Positions 36,014 through 46,328 of a stretch of DNA of 64,000 nt are shown here, one piece after another. The position numbers and the translations under genes were made by a program. The stretch is from Oikopleura dioica (Eukaryota > Animalia > Chordata), in contig OU015567.1 of assembly GCA_907165135.1 (NCBI GenBank), forward strand, positions 1,364,001 to 1,428,000, read 5' to 3'. Each line of letters opens with the position of its first letter. Within the stretch, counting starts at the first letter, position 1. Under the pieces are notes generated by a model. The model was not told where the DNA came from. It saw nothing but the letters and a program-made list of their open reading frames with translations, and searched no databases.

Positions 36014-37879
36014 CTTTCCTTCTTTTTTATTTCTGGAGAAAACTCTTTTTAAAACACTTTTTTGGGATCGACGGGAGGATAATCTACTTAGGAACGAGGT
36101 GAGACGCAATTTATACAAGTGGAAATGTATTCACGACAAGATGTCAGAAAAAGGACAGTATTTCAAAAACACGTGGCCATCAAAAATTAAAAACCAGCAT
36201 GAAGCTCTCACTAGTTTTCTCATTTAACATTTTCTTGCTTCGCGAGGCTTACAGTCGTTCTAATTGACCCTATGGATGATTTTTGTCGAAAAATAACTGA
36301 ACTAAGAATCGGCAAATCTTCCCCGTGGGAAAGGCGGGTCTAACTTTGTTTCATGTTTGGCAAGGTTCCGAAAGTGTACTTGCGCGTTCCAATCATCATT
36401 TGCAATGATTGGGCGGTGGTGGCGGAGCTCGAGTGACTCACCTTGAAAAGAAAAAAAACGCGCCAAGGCGGAGCAGCGCGCATTTCGCAGCTTGCCAATT
36501 TTTTATTTCACATTTGCACCTTTTCCAAGCGCAAATCCGAAAAACAGCCAAAAATAAAGAAAAAAGTATGAAGCCGGCTGTAGAGAGCCTGTAAGAAGAA
36601 AAGAAGAAGAAATTGAAAGCAGAAGAGAAGTTTAACAGAGGTAATTATAGAATTTTTGTTTTTTGAAAGACAAAAGAAGTTTTTTTTTATTTCGACTTTT
36701 CTATTGAAAAAGAGCGAGGATGTTAATTATTGAGTTTTCTTTCTTTTCACACCAGGGCCTTTCCGTTCCAAGAATTCTAGCGCTAGAATAAGAGAAATCA
36801 GACCCTTGATACATCGATTTACAGTCGAAAATTCGGAGGTTTTTGACAAAAAAAAAAAGGTTTTTATTGATTTCCAGGCGGAAATTTATGAAATGCGAAA
36901 TATAAGCTTTTTTCGCTATCATCAAAATTGGAGTTAAAATTCTTCTTTTTTCGCACTCTTCAAGTTCCGGGTCGCGGCTGATCCGGATGAGTGGAGCGGA
37001 ATGTAACAAAAGCTTCTTTCTTCGGCCATCTGCATATTCCCCTTTTTTCGCCCTTTCATCTTTGCTTCCGAAACATTGCCCAACACTTGAAAAATGAGAA
37101 TTTGAAGAGCTCGCGCATTAATTAATTCTGTTTGTATTTCCACACCTGTTTTGAGCGGAAAATATTCTCAAGAAAAAATGCTACTGCGGAAGCTCATTTT
37201 AAGTTTGGAAGGCTTGACCTTTTGAGTGAGTGTTTTAATGATAAGCACCGGGGTCTTTTGACTGATAAAAAAGTAAATATCGGCAGTGAAGGTCGAAAGG
37301 CAAATTTTTTCTAGAAAAATTTTAGGAAGAGCAAAAAATTGCGAGAATTTTGACCAAAATTATGATCGAAATATTGGGCAATCAAATTAATGCATTTGGC
37401 CAATAGGCCAATCAGAATAAAGAAAAAATCCCCAAAAATCGTATTTTTTATCAAGAAAACTAAATTTTACTCGAAATTAAAATGCACAATTAATTTTTTT
37501 TTTAACCAGCGGAACTTGTAAAAAATGCAGCTGCGACCACTCAAAACTCGTAATAACAGTTTTCGATTAAAACCTAATTTCGTTTTGATAACAGGCCGAA
37601 ATTATCGCTGATGGAGGGCGGCAGCGGCGGATTTAATTTATCGCTCGAAAGGGCTAATCCAAAGCCAGGCTTTGATCTTCCTCTCAAACGAGAAAACAAT
37701 TTTGCTGGGCCCCTGGCAGGCCTGGCTGCCCTAGAACGCCCGTCATGTCAAAGACTTAATTAATTTTAATGCGTGAAATTCCATTTTCGAGCGTTTTTCC
37801 TTTCTTTTCGACAAACCGCAGGCGGTAACTCCGCCCTCAAGGATCACCGGCGATTTTTGCTTCTTTTGCCAACTTTAAA

Positions 37880-38200
37880 GCTGCTCCCGCATTTCCCAAA
37901 ATCCTGGATTTCCCAAATCCTGGATTTCCCCAAATCCAGAATCGGCGGAATCCTGATTTTGCGATTTGAGAAATTCAGGATTTTGGGAAATCCAGGATTT
38001 GGGAAATCCAGGATTTGGGGAAATCCAGGATTTGGGAAATCCAGGATTTGGGGAAATCCAGGATTTGGGAAATCCAGGATTTTGGGAAATCCAGGGTTTG
38101 GGAATTCCAGGATTTTGGGAAATCCAGGATTTGGGAAATCCAGGATTTTGGGAAATCCAGGATTTGGGAAATCCAAGATTTTGGGAAATGCGGGAGCAGC
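37880..38200. repeat. Foldback minisatellite element: 16/17-bp GGATTT(T)GGGAAATCCA units in opposite orientations
   Basis: Terminal inverted repeat GCTGCTCCCGCATTTCCCAAAATC. About 3 reverse units on the left and about 13 forward units on the right. TTAA close to both ends. Confidence 0.9.
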
Positions 38201-38232
38201 CCATCTTTAATTTTCTAATTCTAGAAAGAAAG

Positions 38233-39898
38233 ATGAAGGAAAAAGTGCTCCATGCTCTCAACACAACAATGGGAATGCTCTCCCTCTTGATGATCGGCTT
38301 CGGCCTCGGACTCAAAACCTTCTATTTGAAAATGCTGGAAAATCTGACGGAAGACGCGCAAGTGATCAGATACAGCTCGCTCTTCTGCTACACGATCTTC
38401 ATCATCAACAGCATGATGCTCATCTTATCGCTGATCGGCCACGTGAGTCGCTGGCTCAACCGAAAAATGGTTTATTTATTGCTCCTCATTTTCGTCTTTT
38501 CGACCGCGATTTTGTTGCTGGTTGTTCTTGGCTTGTCTGTTGGAGTGTTTTCGAATTTCATTCCGACTCTTGCGCCGCTTCCGGAAACGACCAAGGATGC
38601 GCTTCTGTCAAATGACAATATCAAAACTGTAAGTTTTTTCTATTTATTGAGAATTCTAGCCGAATCATCTGAAAATCCTTTGATGAGTCATTTTTCAGTT
38701 CATGGTGATTTACATCCTCAACTTGGGAGTTGACATCATCGTTTTGATCATCACTGGAATCGTCGCAACAATGCTCTTTTGTGGAAAGAAAATCGACTCA
38801 AAAGCCGAAATTTCTCAAATCCCAAAATCGGAGCTTTCTCGATTTGCGGTTCCAAAAGAAAAACGCGCTTTCACCAGGTACCAAGAATTGATATTTTCGG
38901 CGTTTTATTTTTAGTGAAAGTTTTCAATACACGAATTTCGGAGAAGAAAACAAAGAGCCGCTCACAGTTAATGACCTCAGAAGAAGCCAACACAACATTG
39001 TTACCTCATCAACAAGAAAACTGCCCGATTTGCCGCTTTTTAACAATTTCAAGGAAAGTGTTCAAAAAAGCGAATTTTCAAAAAATTGATAAAAAAAAAT
39101 CGATCAAAATTTGAACTCTTGAAAAGCCTGTTTCTTATTCAACCCGAAGAAATCCTTCGGCTGTCCGGTCTGCTCCCAATCTTCATCGACTAGAAAATGT
39201 GATCTTGATCAATTCCGACTCGAAAACCGATGATTCAACAGCTGATTCAAACGAATCCGCCCCACTCATCAAAAAACAATGGTAAAATTCACTCGCTCCT
39301 TTCTCCAATCACGTCTCTTTTTCAGTCGAACGAGGCATTATGACCGTCGAAAACAGTGCAGTTCGGTTACAGAAGAATCAGATGTAATCCGAGATGCCGA
39401 TTTTGCCAACCTTCGTCTTCTCACTCGTCCGCCAATTGGCGCTATTGATGAGTCGCCACCAGGTCCTTTTCGCCCCCATCATCGACAAAAGTCCCAGCCA
39501 ATACTCTCGGAAAATCTGAATCAAGCCATGACCAAATCAGATGTTGATGCAGAAGTCAACAGATTACTCTACAGCTCGCAGAACAACTCAGGAACCGGTC
39601 CGCAAAATCCTCAAAATCTCTCCTTATATCTTCTTTTGAAAAAATTGCTGATCGTTTAAAAGTTCTCTCCGTTTCTGGAAACAAAGAACTCTGTAAAACT
39701 CGGCTGATAAGCGTCCCCGAACCTTCAGAAATCGATGATGAAGAAGAAAGCAACAACAACAACAACGAAATCGTTGTCACCAAATCCTCACCTTTTGGAT
39801 ATTCAGAGATCAAGACTGCTTCGCCAGTTACCCTCTCGATTTCGATGAATTCACAAAATCAGCCCGAAATCGTTTCTGACTCGATTTGCCATGTTTAA
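38233..39898 (+). CDS. Four-TM (tetraspanin-like topology) protein with long low-complexity cytoplasmic tail
   Basis: Three hydrophobic helices in 38233-38630, a fourth after a GT-AG intron, then Ser/Pro-rich exons ending DSICHV*. Confidence 0.6.
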
Positions 39899-40082
39899 AC
39901 CTTTCCTGGTGCCTCTCTTTTCCTTTTATATTCACTGCCTGTACAAAAAAAGAAATACAAAGAAAAGACTGATTTTTTCAAGACGAGAGATCAATTTCGT
40001 CAAATTTCTTTTGGGAAAATACCTTCTGTTTGTCTACTCCACCAATTTTTATCAAAAGCAAAAAGAGTTCATAACCAAGAGA

Positions 40083-41581
40083 ATGAGATTTTTGAGTCTT
40101 TTTCCAGCTTCAATTTTCGCATACGAAAGTTGCGAGACTTTTTGCAAGAAAGAACTTGAGCAGTGTTTTTTGTCTTGCGATCCTTCCGATTTCTCTTGTC
40201 CACAAGGTAACGTTGAGCTTTTTGTCCCATTGGACCCCCCGTCAGCTTTTTCCTTTGAAAAATGTAAATTTTTAAAAACACCATATTTTTGGTTCTTGAT
40301 GTGTCCTCAGGTTAACTTGCTTCAAAACTTGATAAAAAGAAATTTTTCACCAAAAAAAATCAATATTTTTGCCAAAATAAGGGCAAATTTGTCAATTTTC
40401 GGCGAAAAGTCCAATTTTCGAATGCTTTTTTTGGGGGTGAAGGAGTCGAGATAGACCCCCAAAATGTAGCCTCAAAATTTTAAAATTCCGAAATCTGATT
40501 TTTCGAAAAAAGCTGGGGGGGTCCTTGAAAGGAACTTCAAGAGTGTCTGAGAGACGATACATCTTGTCGGCCAGAATGTGCAGAAGCTAAATTCGCGATT
40601 TTCTACCGCGACGAAGCTTGGACGACGAATTTTCGAATGGACGCTCAAGAGGATTTGACTTCCGAGTTTGACTTTGACAACCACGACGTTGACTACAGTT
40701 GCACTGTTGAGCACAAAGGCAGTTACTATCTTATTGGTGGCTTTGATGATCGAACAAGAGTTTCGATTTTCGAAAACTGCGGATTGCGAAAGGTAACGGA
40801 TTTGGAACAAAACCATCAAATGCACAGATGTCGATCGTTCCAAGACGAAATTTGGATTTGCGGAGATAAGGATCGGGCGAACGAATGCACCTCGCTCAAT
40901 ACGGAGACTCTGGTGGAGACAACAAGGCCATCCTCCGAGATTGGTCATCTTCTTGGCGGTCTGGTTGACTATCAAGGTTAAAAAGAGAAAAAAGGAGATT
41001 TTGTAGAAAAACTTGTTGAGGCACTCTTCTGAGAATCGCGGGGTATTCTAACAAAATCAGTGCTTTGAGCGAAAATGGATCAGAATGGCAATCTTGGGGA
41101 GCAAATATCGGGGACTTTATGCACAGGAAAGGGCTCTGGAATCCTCTTTCTCTTTGATTGTATTTAAACGTTCGTTAAATTTTGACTCGAAATTTTCGAG
41201 CTCTGAAATAGTTTTACGACAATACAAACTGAAGGGACAATTTTCCTCTTCGGTGGCTATTCAGATTTGCAGCAAGAATACACTCATCGGATTTGGAAAT
41301 ATCTTCCTGAATCGCATTCTTGGACGATTGAAGGAAACATGCTCGTCAATAGGATGAACTTTGCCTCTGCTCTAGGGACTCGTTTTCTTTTCTAGAGAAA
41401 AGTAAAGTCCGGTTTCGTAAAACGGGAATCAGTGAATGGTAAAGTCTTTTCCGTTGGCGGATTTTACGAGCTGAATCACGAAGTTTACGATTTTGACACT
41501 GGTTTATCGACTGCTTTGGATACGACGCTAAATTCGAAGCTTTTTGTTGAGCTTGTGCCTTTCTCTTATCTTCAATGCTGA
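40083..41581 (+). CDS. Secreted protein: N-terminal Cys-rich helical module + kelch-like beta-propeller
   Basis: MRFLSLFPASIFAYESCETFCKKELEQCFLSC...ECLRDDTSCRPEC, then YYLIGGFDD, IWICGD, IFLFGG and VFSVGG repeats. Intron 40207-40541. Confidence 0.75.
40232..40524. mobile_element. GGACCCCCC-family MITE (inverted copy) in intron 1 of the propeller gene
   Basis: Termini GGACCCCCCGTCAGCTTTT / AAAAGCTGGGGGGGTCC. The reverse complement aligns along its length with 62382-62717. TSD degenerate. Confidence 0.85.
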
Positions 41582-41636
41582 TTAAAACACTGAAGTAAAC
41601 CCAAGAAAAAAACCCTTCGAATTAGAATTTTTTCTA

Positions 41637-41747
41637 CAAGAGGGTCTTTCAACAACGACCGGGCTGATTTGCATGATTGACCAATCAGAGCACAGAATAA
41701 TTCCTCATGATGGAAATCGCCCCGGTCGTTGTTGAATGACCTCCTTG
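41637..41747. mobile_element. 111-bp hairpin MITE with TA flanks
   Basis: ~30-bp imperfect inverted repeat CAAGAGGGTCTTTCAACAACGACCGGG / CCCGGTCGTTGTTGAATGACCTCCTTG. TA at 41635-41636 and 41748-41749. Central GATTGACCAATCAG. Confidence 0.8.
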
Positions 41748-41805
41748 TAGGATCAGTTTTTGAAACAGTTTTACTGAAACAGAGAGATTTATTATTTTTT
41801 CTTTT

Positions 41806-42919
41806 TTAGTTTGTATAGATAAACATATTCAAGCCGGCGGTATTAGAGCTTCCATCCGAGTTGTAGTATTCGTCAATATTCGCATAGTAAGTGATGCAGC
41901 ATCACTGATGCTGATGTCGCCGTTAAAGGAGGTGCTTATAAACTCATCTTGACAGTATTTTTGACCTAAATTTTCATTTTTTTGTATTTTTTTCTATTCT
42001 TACCATTAACTTCGATATAAGCTTCATTGCAATTCAGGTAGCCATTGTAACCTGGTGGGCCGAAAAGCCCGAAGGAACCTTCGACTTTTTGGGAATCAGA
42101 AAATTTCATGATTAACAAAACTAGTACAGAGGTTTTCTAATAGTAAGTCTCGACCAAATTTTTGGAAAAGTCTATTATTTCGGAAAACCGCTGAATTTGA
42201 ATTTCGAATCCCTTCCGTAAACCATATTTACAGGATTATTAACCGTGATGGTGCAATTTATTTCATCTTGATAATATGGGCCGCTAGTGGGTACATTAGT
42301 TTCGAAATATTTTCAAGTAGTTCCATCTGGTTTAACCTCACTCAGTTCTGCTGCGGTGAAATTCACGTGATGAGGTGAATCAGGGGTATCCATGCTAACG
42401 AACCAGTTTTCTGGCATTCCTCGTTGGCCCTGGCCCTCCATTAAAATTATATTGACCATGAGCGGCATTACAAAGAAGAAGCAACAGATGCAGCAGCAAA
42501 AGCAAATAAAACCTTTTTCAGGTTGATTATTGATTCATATACCCGAAGAAAAAAAAACGATTTTGAAGAGAAGAAAGTTTGTATCATTTTTAAAGATTCA
42601 ACTCGAACCTGCGCCACCGCTACTGCTTTTGCTGCTTTGAGTAGGAGGAAGCGTTGTTGAACCAGGTGGTCGGGAAAAAGCTGGTGGTGGAGCTTGATAA
42701 CTCGGTGTCTGAGGAAAGGATGGTGCTGGAGCTTGTTGAGAAAATGATGATGACGGCGCCTGAGGATAGGCTTGTGCTGGAGAACTTCTGTTGGTTTCAA
42801 ATCAACTTTATCCCTTTTGAATGCGTTTTTTATCAAAAAGTAAAAAAAAGAAATTTATATTTTTGGAATCTTTGCCCATAGGACGACCCCCAGGGATCTT
42901 GGTTGTTGTAATACGCCAT
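41806..42919 (-). CDS. Type II membrane protein: Pro/Ser/Gln-rich N-terminus, Cys-rich TM, C-terminal CUB-like domain
   Basis: PAQAYPQAPSSSFSQQAPAP..., TM GFICFCCCICCFFFVMPLMVNIIL, then YYQDEINCTITV, CNEAYIE, KYC and SDGSSNTAGL. One frame break in the last exon is unresolved. Confidence 0.55.
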
Positions 42920-43054
42920 TTTTAAAACTGACTGCGATTTTTGCGAAAAAATACTTATAAATACGGATTCTAGAGATATAACTTAATTTTATTTTCAAAG
43001 TACAATTAACAGAAATAACTTTACAGTCAATAAATTAATGCTCCTCCTCGCGAT

Positions 43055-45629
43055 TTACTTATGGATAAGCTCAGTCGGATGAGCTCCCAAGACGGGGCTG
43101 TCCGCATTGACCATTTTTTCCGTCAGTTCCGCCATGTTTTTCCAATGCGACTCATCTTGTCTTAACAAAAATGATAGAAATGTCTCATCAATAAATAAAA
43201 TTACTCTGTTAGTTGATCAAGAGCGCCATGAATCTTCTTCAACGAGTCGAAAATATAAGTTTTGGCAAGTAGAATTTCCTCTTCCTTGTTTGCAGTTGGG
43301 TGTTTCTGGGCCGCAGTAGCTCTAGAAAACGATATTTACGGTGAATCGTCTAAATTCTTACCTAGATAAAACGGCAGAGCTTGCGAAAAGCTCAATCGCA
43401 GCTTCAGCTATTCTCTTGACATGAAATTGCTGATTGATGATGTCCTGAAAATTGATTTTTTTATGAATTTTTTCCAGAAAAAGTACCTTGTTAAATTTTT
43501 GAAGAATCTTTTTCGACGCAACTTCGAATCTTGTGATGGCTTCGCCGACTTTCTGTGCTTCTGGGTGGAGCGCGGGGTCGACATATTGTTTCAAATCATT
43601 CACCGCTTCAATCAATTTTGAGAACACTCTTTCTTTTATTGAAAAATACCTGTTTTAGACCCCTTTTCTTTCGCCCTCTGGTCCATTTTGAACTTGATCA
43701 AAGTCGGTGCATTCGCGATTGGGCTTTTGGCGGCTTTTGCGATGGGCGCCAATTGTTGACCTGTGTATTGAAGACCTTGAAGACCCACCATTAGTCGAAG
43801 AATGTCATTTGTTCCTTCGAAAATTCGGAAAATTCGGAGATCGCGCATCACTTTTTCCACGCCTTTTACTGTGCTCAAAACACCATAAATAGTGGAAATT
43901 TTTCGCATTAACATATTTTTTATATTTAGTTTAGTCGACTACTTGTTTTATTCAAAATGATCTCTTTCAATTAGGTGGCGAGTATGCACCATCCTTGTTC
44001 AAACATGTATCCCATTCCACCCATAACCTGAATCGTCTCATCACAGCAATGCCAGGCTCTCTCCGAAGCAAAAACTGAAAGGCTCAATAAACCCTTACTC
44101 AAAGAAATGGCTTACTTTTTCCACAAGCAGCCTCAAGATGATAGTTTTCAGTCTTGTGATCCATCGCATTTGCGACCAAATAGCTAACTGCTTCAGAGGC
44201 GTATTGCTCCGCATGCATTCTGGCGAGTTTTTCTTGAATCGCGCCAAATCTGAAAAATTATGGTCTGATGGGGCGATCTAAAATGGCGTGATTTCAGTCT
44301 TATGGCATGATTCTTTCAGTTCTACTATTTTCCCCAATTTCATTTTACAAAAAAAAACAACTCACTTGTAGATCTTATCCCTGAACTGCGTTCGATTCGC
44401 GGCAAATTCCGTCGCTTTCTTTATTAATCCCTTTTGCGTTCCATTCAGCGTCGCACCCATTCCATATCGCCCCGAATTCAACACCTCCATCGCAACTTTG
44501 AATCCTTCTCCCACTTCTCCGATCATATTCTCGGCCGGAATTCTGACATCATCAAAGTAGACCTCAGCAGTATTCGAGCACTTGATCCCCATTTTCTTTT
44601 CCGGAGCGCCGTGAGTCACTCCGCCGAAATCACGCTCGACGATGAAAGCTGTCATTTTATCCTTTATCGTTCCATCTTCTTGTTGAACGGGAACCTGGGC
44701 GAAGACGGTGAAGATGTCGGCTATACCACCGCCAGTGATCCAGATTTTTCCGCCGTTCATAAGATAGCTACCGTCTTCTTGTTTCACTGCTCTTTTCTAG
44801 GGTTAGCAAGTGGAGTTTATCGCAAATGATATATCATATTTTTTCAGAAATTCACATATTTATGGCTGGCCCACAACCATCAGGGAACACGAAAAATTTT
44901 ATTTATTCCTCAAGATCTGTAACGAAGCAAAAATCTTTACTATGTTTACTTTTAAATCATTTATGGTTTTTGAGAATTCCGATTTTTTCATTTGAGACCC
45001 TGGCCTTGTCTGAACGCTGGAGGCATCAGATCCAGTACTTGGCTCAGTCAAGCAAAACGCTGCAATCTTCTCACCAGAAGCAACCAACGGAAGATACTTT
45101 TCCTTCATCTCCTGAGTTCCGAGAATCAAAATCGCCTTGAAACCGATACTCTGATGCGCACCAATATAAATCGAAACACCAAGATCCAGCTCGCCTCCGA
45201 TTTCCGACATTCGCGCCATTTGGACGTTTGACATGCCAAGACCGCCGAGTTCTTCTGGAACTTGCATGCCGAAGAGACCAAAGTCCCTGAGCATTTGGAC
45301 CATTTCTGGGTCGAGGTCGCCGCGAAGGTCATTTTCCAGGGCTTCGTTGGTTCCGTCAAAAGCGTCAAAAGAGGCGGAAAAGAGCTCGTTTAGCTCGTCA
45401 ACTTGTTCCTTAATTTATTGAATAAAAAGATTGATCTGAAAAAAATAAGGAAAAAATTGAATTTTACCTGATTAAAAACTGACGGATACGGGAAAATATT
45501 TTTCGGGTTAATTTCCCCATTAAAAAGACCAAAAACAAACGAGTCACTTCTGTCTGGAATCGGCTTGCTTCCGGCTGCTCTCACTCCTTGTTTGAGAAAA
45601 TTACTCTTTTGCAAAATAACTCTCTTCAT
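43055..45629 (-). CDS. ACADVL: Very-long-chain acyl-CoA dehydrogenase
   Basis: [67 protein letters not shown] and [18 protein letters not shown], plus the C-terminal extension of the VLCAD/ACAD9 class. The DLGV...GAHQSIG motif favours ACADVL. Includes GC-AG and GA-AG introns. Confidence 0.92.
43863..43993 (-). other. Non-canonical GA-AG intron in ACADVL
   Basis: CAAG|GATGG...GTAAAAG|GC gives in-frame [13 protein letters not shown], as expected for the enzyme. Confidence 0.85.
44792..45004 (-). other. Non-canonical GC-AG intron in ACADVL with hAT-like termini
   Basis: ACAAG|GCCAGGGT...ACCCTAGAAAAG|A gives in-frame [11 protein letters not shown]. Confidence 0.85.
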
Positions 45630-46328
45630 TTTTTTCGTCTTTTTTGTCTGATTTTTCGAACTGAACTTTGGAAGGTGGGGCGTAAATAACTCAGAATGCA
45701 GCAAACGAACAAATATTTGAAGAAATACCCAGTCTGTTACTGCTTTCGCTTTTTCCAGAACAAAAAAATTGGTCATAACATGGAACAAATTTTGGTTTGA
45801 AAGGTCGAAGATCAAAAATCAAGGGCGAGGGTTAAAAAAGTGTGGACTTTGATATAAAAATAATCGAATTTTTTAACGGATCCCGAGTATGAATTTTTAT
45901 TATTTTTTATTTGTAAAGTTTTTTGGTATTTAATTTTTGTTACTTTTTATCATGAAAACAAGGGGAAGTTCTTTGGCTAATTTTGAATGACTGATTCATG
46001 TTAACATCCGTTTTCGTCTTGGTCAAATAGACAAAGAGTAAAAATCAAATATAACATCGTATTATCTAAGACTCTTAGTTGAGCGATTTTCAAAGGTCGG
46101 AGAATTAATGATTCAGACATCCGTATCCCACGGTGATCTTTATCCATTCCTCGGATAAATTTTCGCAAGCTTAGTTTTTGGTGAGAAGAGAAAAAAGGGA
46201 AATATAGAAGAATTGAGAAGAAATGAAACTTGGGCTTGGTTTGTTGGCTTCTTTGGGCGCAAGAAATGTTTGTCTCTAGAATTTTACATTAGATATTTTT
46301 CTTCTTCGATTTTTCATCAGTTTTGAAG

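Noticed and set aside
37880-38200. Possible CRISPR-like array
   Set aside because: There are no unique spacers or cas genes, and the context is eukaryotic; it is a tandem minisatellite.
37773-38733. Repeat-encoded ORFs (FGKSRILGNPG, EIQDLGNPGFW), one in frame with the downstream gene
   Set aside because: They arise from a stop-free 33-bp repeat period, are open in several frames on both strands, and the in-frame one starts at TTG.
43066-43090. tRNA A-box-like sequence AGCTCAGTCGG
   Set aside because: It lies in the last ACADVL exon, with no cloverleaf or B-box. No tRNA, rRNA or snRNA gene was recognised in the window.
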